A stretch of 56,336 nt of DNA. Origin: Patescibacteria group bacterium (GTDB taxonomy: Bacteria; Patescibacteriota; Patescibacteriia; UBA1558; GWA2-36-10). The notes beneath the pieces are model-generated. The model ran no database searches, was not told the origin of the DNA, and saw nothing but the letters and a program-made list of their open reading frames with translations. The stretch lies in the NCBI GenBank assembly GCA_041662585.1, contig JBAZSG010000003.1, forward strand, positions 99,011-155,346. The letters are read 5' to 3'. A program made the position numbers and the translations under genes. Shown piece after piece: positions 25,096 to 34,185 of this stretch (positions within the stretch are counted from its first letter, which is position 1; each line of letters begins with the position of its first letter).

Positions 25096-25169
25096 TGGCT
25101 CGGGGATAGGGAGTCGAACCCCAATTCTCAGGACCAGAACCTGATGTCCTACCATTAGACGATCCCCGA
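25096..25169 (-). tRNA. tRNA-Gln (anticodon CUG), CCA encoded
   Basis: Manual cloverleaf of 74 nt: acceptor UCGGGGA/UCCCCGA, D arm GUCU-AAUGGUA-GGAC, anticodon arm UCAGG-UUCUGGU-CCUGA, T arm UGGGG-UUCGACU-CCCUA, discriminator G, then CCA. Confidence 0.92.
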
Positions 25170-25173
25170 ATAT

Positions 25174-26676
25174 TTAAAGCATCTCACCACCAAAAGTATC
25201 CAGTATTTCCCCTACTCCACTTTCACTTTTACCTTTAAAATTTTGGTGATTTTGTATATAGTTGGAATCGATCTCAAAACTCAAATCTATTTGTTTGGCT
25301 AATATATTACTAAAAGTGTTTATTAAATTTTGCTTTACCTCTGGCTTATCCAATTGTTCTTTATGAAAATCATATTCCAAGCCAATAATAAGTAAATTTT
25401 GTTCAATTGTCAAAGGATGACTAGTTTGTAGTATTGCCCCCAAACCATGATTTAGTGGTTTGGCATTTTCAACTACTTTTGACCAATTATTTTGTAATTT
25501 GCTTATATCTTGAGAATTTAAATTAATTTTTTTTTTATTATCTTCTGGAGATTGAATATCAATATTTTTTTGGACTACATTTTCTTTTTCGGCTAATAAA
25601 AACTCTACACAAGCCAATTCTAAAGGTAGCTGATCAATCATAGTTTCTTTGATTGATAATTTATCTAATATAATATTTAATAATTTAGCTATATCTTCTA
25701 ATAAAAAATCTGTAGCTTGTTTTTTGATAGCTTCGGTCAAAGCATCATCAAAATCAAGAACAAAACTAGGACCAATAATTTTATAGAGCATTATTTGTCT
25801 AATATAATCTATAAAATCAGCTATAAAGATACTAAAATCTACTCCCTCATCGACAAGTTTATTTATTTGATTTAAGGCGGTAGAAAGATTTTTGACTCTC
25901 AAGGCTTCGGTCAAAGCATCAATAGCCTGCCAATGACTATCTGGTAAAACCAAAGACGCCAACTCATCTGTTACTTTGTTTCCACTGATAGAAATAATTT
26001 GCCCAAACAATGACTCGGCATCTCTAAGACAACCTTCGCTACGACGAGCTATAATTGCTAAAATCTTTTCTGAAATTTGGACTTTTTCCCATTCAGCAAT
26101 TTCAGTCATTCTTTTAATAATATCTTTAATCGGTATTTTCTTAAAATCAAATCTTTGACAACGTGAAATAATAGTTTCTGGAACCTTGTGTATTTCGGTA
26201 GTAGCCAAAATAAAAATTACCTTCTTGGGTGGTTCTTCCAAAGTTTTTAATAATGCATTGAAGGCTGATTTAGAAAGCATATGCACTTCATCAATGATAA
26301 AAACCTTATAACCATTGTTATTAAAAGGAGGAATTTGAGAATTGGCAATAATATTGTCACGAACATTATCTACGCCAGTATTAGAAGCTGCATCAATCTC
26401 TATAATATCCATAGAACGATTGGCTAATATGGTTTTACAATTTTCACAATCATTACATGGTTCGTGTTCGCTATCTTTACGCTTGGTACAATTTAGTGAA
26501 CGAGCAAAAAGACGGGCCAAGGTAGTTTTACCGGTGCCCCGTGGTCCAACAAATAAATAAGCATGCGCCAAATTTCCGCTAGCTATTTCATTTTCTAGAG
26601 TAATTTTTATCGGCTTTTGACCGACGACCTCTTTGAAAATTTTTGGTCGATATTTTCTATAGATAACTTCTGACAT
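25174..26676 (-). CDS. dnaX: DNA polymerase III subunit gamma/tau
   Basis: YRPKIFKEVVGQ, Walker A GPRGTGKTT, a Zn module CTKRKDSEHEPCNDCENC, DEVHML and SRCQRFDF. Confidence 0.93.
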   Translation of the reverse strand: MSEVIYRKYRPKIFKEVVGQKPIKITLENEIASGNLAHAYLFVGPRGTGKTTLARLFARSLNCTKRKDSEHEPCNDCENCKTILANRSMDIIEIDAASNTGVDNVRDNIIANSQIPPFNNNGYKVFIIDEVHMLSKSAFNALLKTLEEPPKKVIFILATTEIHKVPETIISRCQRFDFKKIPIKDIIKRMTEIAEWEKVQISEKILAIIARRSEGCLRDAESLFGQIISISGNKVTDELASLVLPDSHWQAIDALTEALRVKNLSTALNQINKLVDEGVDFSIFIADFIDYIRQIMLYKIIGPSFVLDFDDALTEAIKKQATDFLLEDIAKLLNIILDKLSIKETMIDQLPLELACVEFLLAEKENVVQKNIDIQSPEDNKKKINLNSQDISKLQNNWSKVVENAKPLNHGLGAILQTSHPLTIEQNLLIIGLEYDFHKEQLDKPEVKQNLINTFSNILAKQIDLSFEIDSNYIQNHQNFKGKSESGVGEILDTFGGEML

Positions 26677-26679
26677 AAA

Positions 26680-27264
26680 TTAAAGACTAAAATCAAGTTC
26701 GTCAGTAGAAATCCCTCTATTATTATTTTTAATTATATTTTCTACAGCGGCAAAATTGCTATCAGAATCTTTTGGTACCAATATCACAACTTCGTCACCT
26801 TCTTCACCTTTGAAATAAGTAACTGAAGCCATAAGTAATTTGTATATCCTATCTCCTGCCAAAACTACAAATTCATTAGTGCTTTTATCTTTAATAAGAT
26901 GTCCTACTAACCTATTTCTTTCTACTGGCGATATTTGTTTAAAAATAAATGAACCGTCTGCGCTTATGGTCAACTTTAGAATATCCCCTTCTACCAATTT
27001 TGATTTTGAAGCATAATTGGCTGGTACACTATATTGCTTACCGTCTGGACCAATCATAATTTGTCCATTAAATATTCCCTCAACTACCAAGCCTTCATCA
27101 CCATCTATCTGCTTGCCCACTCGAGCAGCTTTAAGGCTATAATTGACAGCGTCAGAAGAACTTCTGCCTGTCAGCTCCCCTAAAACCTGCTTGGTTTTGG
27201 TAAGTTCTAATTCTAAATTATATACTAAAGCTTCCAAATCTTTTATTTTTTTTGCTTGTGACAT
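26680..27264 (-). CDS. hypothetical protein (N-terminal coiled coil, beta-rich C-domain)
   Basis: 194-aa ORF with ATG start, 3 nt upstream of dnaX. Contains the motif YSVPANYASKSKLVEGD. No family recognised. Confidence 0.6.
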   Translation of the reverse strand: MSQAKKIKDLEALVYNLELELTKTKQVLGELTGRSSSDAVNYSLKAARVGKQIDGDEGLVVEGIFNGQIMIGPDGKQYSVPANYASKSKLVEGDILKLTISADGSFIFKQISPVERNRLVGHLIKDKSTNEFVVLAGDRIYKLLMASVTYFKGEEGDEVVILVPKDSDSNFAAVENIIKNNNRGISTDELDFSL

Positions 27265-27338
27265 TTTTATTTTTGTTTACGAGCTTTTTTGGCTCTATTT
27301 CACTTAGTAATTTATCATAAAAATTAGCTCTTGGCAAT

Positions 27339-29792
27339 TTAAACAATAGCCATTCTTTGTTTGATTTCATTTTCAACTATATTCTTATCTCGACCATATT
27401 TTAAACGTGATAATTCTTTAATTGCCTGAGCTAATTCATAGTTACCTTTTTCTGGTAATATAGGATTAAAATTAAAAGCTGGTGGATTTTGATTATCTAT
27501 CAATAACTTTACATAACAAGTATATTTGGGCATATTGACCAAATCATACTCACTTACTACTGGTGCCATTTGTTTGGCTATCACCTCAGCATCCTCTACT
27601 CCGATTCTATAAGAAATAAGTGTACCGACGTTGCCAAAAACAGCATCCCTGACACTAGTATTTCCACCCTTGGTTAACTGTGCTAAGTATTGATGAGCTA
27701 ATATTAAATTGAGTTTATATTTTCTAGCCTCTGATAATATAATAGCAATACTATCGGTAATATAATTTTGAAACTCATCAATATACAAATAAAAATCTTG
27801 CCTATTTTCTTCTGCTATATCTACTCTACTAAGAGCAGCAAATAATATTTTACCAATGGCAATCATACCTAAAAGACTAGAATTCATTTCTCCAATTTTT
27901 CCTTTTGATAGATTAATAATAATAATCTTATTTTCATCCATCACCTTTCTAAAATTGAAAGCTGATTTTGTCTGAGAAATTATCGGTCTAATAGTATCAT
28001 TGGAAATAAAAGGTGTCAGCTTACTAGTAATATAAGGAACCATATTTGCCAAAGCTGCATCACCACCTGCTTTTTGAGCTTCTTTTTCCCAAAAATCTTT
28101 TACTAAATAATTTTTTACTTTGGCTAGTTTTTGTTTTCTATACGCTTCGTCTGCCAAAACTTTTGGGATTTCCAATAAAGTAGCTGGATTTTCTTTATCA
28201 TCCATCAAAAGCAACATGGTATTTCTCATGTATTGTTCAAACATCGGACCACCAGTAGCTTTGAGATCATAAAGTTTATCAAAAATAGCTATCATTTCAT
28301 TGATTACAAAACTTTTTTGTTCGTCGGTTTCAAACTCCAACATATTGATACCCATTGGTCTATTTATATCAGCAGGGTCAAAAAATATCACATCTTCAGC
28401 TCTTTCTTTTGGTACATGAGATAATACTGTTTCTGCCAAATCTCCATGGGGATCCAAAACACAAACACCTTTTCCATTTTGAATATCTTGAATAATCATA
28501 CTTTCCAAAAAAACTGATTTACCAGTACCAGTTTGTCCAATCTCATACATATGTCGTCTCCGATCGGCATCTTTAATACGAACCAAAGTTTCTTTACCAC
28601 GATATATACTCTTACCTAGTATAATACCTTCCTTTGGCATATTAGCTGGTGGTGCAGATTTTACAGCTTCTAACCAATTTATATTTGGAGTTTCAGTAGT
28701 AGCTAGTGGCAAATGAACTACAGAAGTCATTTCTTCAGAATTTAAAAGCATACTATTTTTGGACAAAAGATGACGATAAATAAAATGCTCTATATAGCTA
28801 TCCCCCTTGCTTGGAATATTGGCTTTAAAGCTGTTGCCAAATTCATAAATATTATACTGCGTATAAGAATTTAAAATATCTTTTAAAATAAGCTCTGATT
28901 TATCAGGACTTGGAGTAGATACCACTACTCTAATATTAACATCTAAACCAGATTTGGCTGTTTTCTCTTCCATACTTTTAGCACGTTCTTGCTCCATGGC
29001 AGACATAGCTGGTTGTTCTTGTTTTTCTTGATTGGGCTTATCTTTATTTGTAGTGCTTAAAAAACTAGCAAAAAACTTGAAAACTTTGCTTAAATTACCC
29101 CAAAAACCACCTCCTCCCATCTTAGCCAAAGCATCTTTATAGGCCATGCCAGTATACATGTATTTGGCTATTTGTTTGCCCCTAGCATGCCATTTTTTAG
29201 GAGCTGAACGAAAGACATATTGTACAGCCGCTCCTTCTTCTGATTGCAATTTACTAAGAGAATTGGTAATAGATTCTAATGGGTCATTTTCAAAATATTT
29301 ATAAGTTTTTATTGGCAAACTATAATCATTACTAAAACTAAGTGCCCCCACTTTGATATATCCTTGAGCTTGAAAAATATTATAATCATTGGCTTCTTCA
29401 AAATATATTTTTGGATAAACTGCTTGTAATTGTTGAATCAAAAAATCACGATAAATTCTAGGAGTGGCTATATAAAAATTGATAAAACCACCCATTGAGA
29501 CAATCTCAAAAGAAAAAACATCTGTTCGTTTAGCTAAAAACCTTTTTTGAACTTTGAGTCCACTAAGTGCGGAAAATAAATTTTCTACCTGCCCCAACTG
29601 AGCCTGAACAAATTCTTTGCTTTGTTGTTCTTTATCGTTTTTAGTATACTTTGGAACTTTTAATAATAATATTTCTAACTCAAGATTTTTGTTTGCTTGT
29701 CCACTAAAATGACCAAAAATAAAATATATCAAAATTATCAAAAAAATAATCCCAATCATTACAGCTATAGTTATTATCATAAAATCACTCAT
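27339..29792 (-). CDS. fused membrane N-domain + TraG/VirD4-like (T4CP-type) P-loop ATPase
   Basis: N-terminal TM helix, then a domain homologous to 13444-14934, then an ATPase half homologous to 11699-13441. ATPase motifs are GQTGTGKS, FYLYIDEFQNY and RKYKLNLILAHQY. Confidence 0.8.
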   Translation of the reverse strand: MSDFMIITIAVMIGIIFLIILIYFIFGHFSGQANKNLELEILLLKVPKYTKNDKEQQSKEFVQAQLGQVENLFSALSGLKVQKRFLAKRTDVFSFEIVSMGGFINFYIATPRIYRDFLIQQLQAVYPKIYFEEANDYNIFQAQGYIKVGALSFSNDYSLPIKTYKYFENDPLESITNSLSKLQSEEGAAVQYVFRSAPKKWHARGKQIAKYMYTGMAYKDALAKMGGGGFWGNLSKVFKFFASFLSTTNKDKPNQEKQEQPAMSAMEQERAKSMEEKTAKSGLDVNIRVVVSTPSPDKSELILKDILNSYTQYNIYEFGNSFKANIPSKGDSYIEHFIYRHLLSKNSMLLNSEEMTSVVHLPLATTETPNINWLEAVKSAPPANMPKEGIILGKSIYRGKETLVRIKDADRRRHMYEIGQTGTGKSVFLESMIIQDIQNGKGVCVLDPHGDLAETVLSHVPKERAEDVIFFDPADINRPMGINMLEFETDEQKSFVINEMIAIFDKLYDLKATGGPMFEQYMRNTMLLLMDDKENPATLLEIPKVLADEAYRKQKLAKVKNYLVKDFWEKEAQKAGGDAALANMVPYITSKLTPFISNDTIRPIISQTKSAFNFRKVMDENKIIIINLSKGKIGEMNSSLLGMIAIGKILFAALSRVDIAEENRQDFYLYIDEFQNYITDSIAIILSEARKYKLNLILAHQYLAQLTKGGNTSVRDAVFGNVGTLISYRIGVEDAEVIAKQMAPVVSEYDLVNMPKYTCYVKLLIDNQNPPAFNFNPILPEKGNYELAQAIKELSRLKYGRDKNIVENEIKQRMAIV

Positions 29793-30271
29793 TTTTGATT
29801 GATTTTTAATATTTTATCTGTTTTTATTTTTGCTTCTTGCTCTAAATAATATTTATTTACTTTTGGTATTATACGAAGCCATTCTAAAATAAGCTTGGTA
29901 ATTTCTCCAACTTTTATTTTGGCTTCGAGTAACAAAATGGTAATTTTAGTGGACACTTCTTCGCCTTTCAATTTAAAAATTCTTTGTGTACCAGCATCCA
30001 AAGATAAAAAAACAATATCCATACCATCTGATAATATATTTTCAACTTTTTTATGTATTATTTCACTAGTAGCTGGCTGTACTTTTTGAGCTTTATCATT
30101 GACTATAGCTACTTGAGCTGCTATTTGATCATCATCTAACTTTTCTTTACTTAAAAATTCTGTACTCTGCTCAATTTTTGTAGAATCTAAAATTTTTTCT
30201 GGTGATTGTTCACTAGAATTTGCTTGTTCAGGACTAATATTTATTTGTTCTATTTTTGGATCTTGAACCAT
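29789..30271 (-). CDS. hypothetical protein (acidic, low-complexity N-half)
   Basis: 160-aa ORF whose stop overlaps the ATPase start (ATGA, 4-nt overlap). Confidence 0.55.
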   Translation of the reverse strand: MVQDPKIEQINISPEQANSSEQSPEKILDSTKIEQSTEFLSKEKLDDDQIAAQVAIVNDKAQKVQPATSEIIHKKVENILSDGMDIVFLSLDAGTQRIFKLKGEEVSTKITILLLEAKIKVGEITKLILEWLRIIPKVNKYYLEQEAKIKTDKILKINQK

Positions 30272-30290
30272 GGCTATATTATACCAGATT

Positions 30291-30731
30291 TTAATGTTTT
30301 ATGTAAGAATTTAATTTATCAAATAACTTATCCACAAAATCAATTGATGATAAATAATACTTTTTATTTTTAGAAACAATAATGACGCTATTTTTATGTT
30401 TGTATACTTTATCAATATCTAAAAACCTAATAAAGCCTAGTGCTTTATAATCTGTACTTGAAATAGCTTTTAGATAAATCAGTCGTATATTTGTTAATAA
30501 ATAAATATTTTTTTGAGTAATAAGTTGTTTAATTAATAACACTATCAATAAAATTATCCAAAATACCCATAATATAAGGCCCTGATAACCAATATGCCAC
30601 ATTGGAAAAAGCATAAAAAAGGCCAATAAAAAAAGCAGAATGATAAAATATACTCCTGCCGAGCTTTTTTTTGATTTAAAAACCATTTTAAGGTCTTCCC
30701 GATTAATCAAAAATTTGCTAAAATTATCCAT
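30291..30731 (-). CDS. hypothetical membrane protein, two TM helices plus bPH (YdbS-like) type C-domain
   Basis: The track start 30752 is TTG, so I trimmed it to ATG 30731. The TM hairpin is followed by IYLLTNIRLIYLKA... Confidence 0.5.
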   Translation of the reverse strand: MDNFSKFLINREDLKMVFKSKKSSAGVYFIILLFLLAFFMLFPMWHIGYQGLILWVFWIILLIVLLIKQLITQKNIYLLTNIRLIYLKAISSTDYKALGFIRFLDIDKVYKHKNSVIIVSKNKKYYLSSIDFVDKLFDKLNSYIKH

Positions 30732-30832
30732 GTTATGAATAAAAAAACTCAAAAAATAATCCTAATTATACTATCAGTGTTTATAATATTTTCGATGGTA
30801 TTATTGACGTTTTTTGCTGGTGGACAATCTTA

Positions 30833-32605
30833 TTAAGAATTTCTCTTTAATACTGCCAAATAAGCTTCTTGCGGTATTTCTACTTTTCCTCCTTGGGCCA
30901 TACGCTTTTTGCCTTTTTTTTGTTTGTCTAATAATTTTCTCTTTCTAGTTACATCACCACCATACAATTTGGCTGTTACATCTTTTCGCAGAGCCGGTAA
31001 TTTGTCACCAGCTACTATCTTACCTCCCACAGCAGCTTGTAATTTAATCACAAATTGTTGACGAGGTAAAACATCTTTTAATTTACTAATAATATGTTTT
31101 CCTACTTTATGTACTTCATCTTTATAGACCAGTGAAGTAAGTGCCTCTACTGGATCCTCGGCTACTAAAATGTCCAATTTGACTACTTCACATTTTCTAT
31201 AATCGGCAAAATCATAATTTAAAGAAGCATAACCAGAAGATATACTTTTGATGCTATCATAAAAATCTACCAATATAGAAGCTAGTGGAATATCAAAGCG
31301 AAGTATCATGCGAGTCGTATCAATATATTCTGTATTTTTTGATATACCTTTTTGAGCTATTATATATTCCATCAAAGCACCCATATACTCTTTGGGTGTC
31401 AAAACCTCAATATGCATATATGGCTCATCAATATGGTCAATTTTTGTCACATCTGGCATTTCAGATGGTGAGGTCAACACTTCACTCTGGCCATTATTCA
31501 AATAAATATTATAGGCTACAGTCGGTGTAGTAACAATCAATTCAAGATTAAATTCTCTACTCACCCGTTCTTGAAAAATCTCTAAATGTAATAATCCCAA
31601 AAAACCACAACGAAAACCAAAACCCAAAGCTGGTGAAGATGCTGGTTCAAAAATCAAAGAAGCGTCACTCAATTTTAATTTTAATATTGCCTCTCGCAAT
31701 TTTTGATATTCACTACCTTCCTGAGGAAATATACCAGCGTACACCATTGGTTTTATTTCTTTATATCCTGGTAAAGCTGGCGTTTTTTTATCCAAAGAAA
31801 CAATAGTGTCTCCCACCTGAGCTTTTTCTAAATGTTTTATACTAGTAATAAGATAACCTATTTCTCCATCTTCCAAGTGTCCAGAAGAGACCCAGTGTGG
31901 TTTAAAATAACCAATCTCAAGGACTTCACTTGGTTCGTTAGTGGCTACAAATTTTATCTTATCTCCTTTTTTTATTTGACCAGAAAAAATTCTAGTATAA
32001 ATTACCACTCCTCTAAATTCATCATAGGTAGAATCAAAAACTAAGGCTTGTAAATCATCGCCTATTTTTTTTGGAGCTTTGACCTTTTTTATTATTTCAT
32101 CCAAAACCTTTTCTACCCCCTGACCAGTTTTGGCAGAAACCATGAGTATTTCTTCTTGCTTACAACCTAATAAATTTATAATTTCCTGACTCACTTTTTC
32201 TATATCAGCTGCTGGTAAATCAATTTTATTTATCACTGGTATAATATCCAAATCTTGTTCTAGAGCCAAATAAAGATTGGCCAAAGTTTGAGCTTCTATA
32301 CCTTGTGTAGCATCTACCAAAAGTATAGCTCCCTCAACAGCAGCTAAAGAACGAGACACTTCATAACCAAAATCAACATGCCCTGGGGTATCAATCAAAT
32401 TTAAAATTTTACCAGACCAATCCATTCTAGCTGGCTGGAGTTTGATAGTGATACCTCTTTCTCTTTCTAGATCCATTTGGTCCAATAGCTGAGCCTTCAT
32501 ATGGCGTTTATCAACAGTCCCAGTAATCTCTAGCATTCTGTCAGCTAGAGTTGATTTACCATGATCTATATGAGCAATTATACAAAAATTTCTAATTTCT
32601 TCCAT
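30833..32605 (-). CDS. lepA: translation elongation factor 4
   Basis: IRNFCIIAHIDHGKSTL, DTPGHVDF and NKIDL, plus the C-terminal LepA domain. ATG 32605 was chosen over TTG 32623. Confidence 0.93.
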   Translation of the reverse strand: MEEIRNFCIIAHIDHGKSTLADRMLEITGTVDKRHMKAQLLDQMDLERERGITIKLQPARMDWSGKILNLIDTPGHVDFGYEVSRSLAAVEGAILLVDATQGIEAQTLANLYLALEQDLDIIPVINKIDLPAADIEKVSQEIINLLGCKQEEILMVSAKTGQGVEKVLDEIIKKVKAPKKIGDDLQALVFDSTYDEFRGVVIYTRIFSGQIKKGDKIKFVATNEPSEVLEIGYFKPHWVSSGHLEDGEIGYLITSIKHLEKAQVGDTIVSLDKKTPALPGYKEIKPMVYAGIFPQEGSEYQKLREAILKLKLSDASLIFEPASSPALGFGFRCGFLGLLHLEIFQERVSREFNLELIVTTPTVAYNIYLNNGQSEVLTSPSEMPDVTKIDHIDEPYMHIEVLTPKEYMGALMEYIIAQKGISKNTEYIDTTRMILRFDIPLASILVDFYDSIKSISSGYASLNYDFADYRKCEVVKLDILVAEDPVEALTSLVYKDEVHKVGKHIISKLKDVLPRQQFVIKLQAAVGGKIVAGDKLPALRKDVTAKLYGGDVTRKRKLLDKQKKGKKRMAQGGKVEIPQEAYLAVLKRNS

Positions 32606-34178
32606 TTTTAAACAATAAAGCAAATTTTATTAACATTCGCTTGATAATATCAAGCTCATCAAGTCTGAATACTATACCTAAAAGCAGGTAGCTTAGCAAG
32701 CCTAGTATACCAGCTACAAAACCCTGTAAAAATATGCCTAAAAAAGTTTGCATATTTACTAAATTGTCCAAAACATGCAAGGCTCCATAAGCTATGGCAC
32801 CCGCCAACATAGAATTGAAAGATATTTTTAAAATAGAACTAATAATTATACCATCGTTTATGGTATTGATTTTAAAATGTAAAAATATATATAACAGCAT
32901 CATATTGATTATACTAGATATAGAAAAAGCCAAGGCCAAACCAAATACACCAAAATGTTGAGCCAGTTGCCAAGACAAAACAATATTTAAAATAATACTA
33001 ACAATACTAATGCTCATTGGTGTTTTTGTGTCTTCATAAGCATAAAATGAACGAGCCAAGAGTGGAATAAGACCTTGAGCAAAAATAGATATAGCAAAGA
33101 TTCCCAAGGCCTGTGCAGTCCTATATGTATCTTCCCAACCAAAAGCACCACTACCAAGTATTACTCTTACTATTTGTGCACGAAGAACTACTATCAAAAC
33201 AGATATGGGTATCAGCATAAATAATATTCGACGCAAAGACTTAGAAAAATTTTGACTAAACAAATTTGGATTTTTTTCATTGACCGCTTGTGTGAAAGTT
33301 GGAAAAACTGCTATAGCCAAAGAAACTGCAAAAAGAGATACGGGTAAGCTTTGCAAATTGTTGGCATAATTAAAAACTGCAATACTACCTACTGTCAAAG
33401 TAGAAGCAATCATTGTAATGATGACCAAATTTATTTGCCCAGCTGCCAAACCAATAGTGCGTGGTAACATTAGCTTTAATATTTTTTTGAGATTAACATC
33501 AAAATTTAAAATAAATTTATAATGCCAACCATTTTTATATACCTCTGGCACTTGAACCAACAAGTGCATAATAGCTCCCAATAATACTCCATAAGCTAAA
33601 CCACTGAGACCTATTTGGGGATAAAAAAATAAAATACCAATTATAATACCAATATTATAAAAACTTGCAGCCAAAGAAAAACTAAAAAATCGTTTAAAAG
33701 AATTCAATATTCCACCGATTAGGTTGGAAGCTACGAAAAATAAAACTGAAACCAACATTATTCTAGTCAAAACAATCACACTATCTATCTGTTCAGCTGT
33801 AAAGCCAGGTGTAATGAGTGGCATTATTTGTGGTGTAAAAATAAAAGTAATAAAAACTAATATACTAATAAAAATCAAAAATAAATTTAAAACCGAATTT
33901 GATAAATCCAAACCAGCATTTTTATCTTTAAGCCATACTCTTTGAAAAATTGGAATAAAAGCAGAAGTCAAAGCTCCTAAAACAAGTGTATTGAATATCA
34001 AATCTGGCAAACGAAAAGCCGAATAATAAACATCGGCCATTTGACTCGCTGCAAAATTGTGAGCTATTAGTTTTTCTCTGACCAAAGCAAATATTTTAGC
34101 TAAAAAAGAAAAAAAGGTGATTATCAGAGCACCTCCTGTGACACTATTGTTAATTTTATACCAAAAATTCTGCCACAT
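32592..34178 (-). CDS. murJ: lipid II flippase MurJ (MviN family)
   Basis: 528 aa, a multi-TM MOP-family pattern, and an N-terminal region with FLAKIFALVREKLIAHNFAAS. Confidence 0.88.
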   Translation of the reverse strand: MWQNFWYKINNSVTGGALIITFFSFLAKIFALVREKLIAHNFAASQMADVYYSAFRLPDLIFNTLVLGALTSAFIPIFQRVWLKDKNAGLDLSNSVLNLFLIFISILVFITFIFTPQIMPLITPGFTAEQIDSVIVLTRIMLVSVLFFVASNLIGGILNSFKRFFSFSLAASFYNIGIIIGILFFYPQIGLSGLAYGVLLGAIMHLLVQVPEVYKNGWHYKFILNFDVNLKKILKLMLPRTIGLAAGQINLVIITMIASTLTVGSIAVFNYANNLQSLPVSLFAVSLAIAVFPTFTQAVNEKNPNLFSQNFSKSLRRILFMLIPISVLIVVLRAQIVRVILGSGAFGWEDTYRTAQALGIFAISIFAQGLIPLLARSFYAYEDTKTPMSISIVSIILNIVLSWQLAQHFGVFGLALAFSISSIINMMLLYIFLHFKINTINDGIIISSILKISFNSMLAGAIAYGALHVLDNLVNMQTFLGIFLQGFVAGILGLLSYLLLGIVFRLDELDIIKRMLIKFALLFKNGRN

Positions 34179-34185
34179 TTAAAGA

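Noticed and set aside
24888-25169. tRNA-Gln as the attachment site of an integrated island carrying the pilin and ATPase genes
   Set aside because: I found no integrase or recombinase gene and no direct repeat of the tRNA 3' half in the window. The flanking genes (dnaX, uppS) are core housekeeping genes of normal composition. This cannot be excluded without the whole genome.
30753-30832. Tiny plus-strand ORF (MVLLTFFAGGQSY) in the gap before lepA
   Set aside because: It is only 13 codons, with no SD or promoter-like signal and no terminator. The gap more likely holds the minus-strand lepA 3' region and the promoter of the upstream operon.
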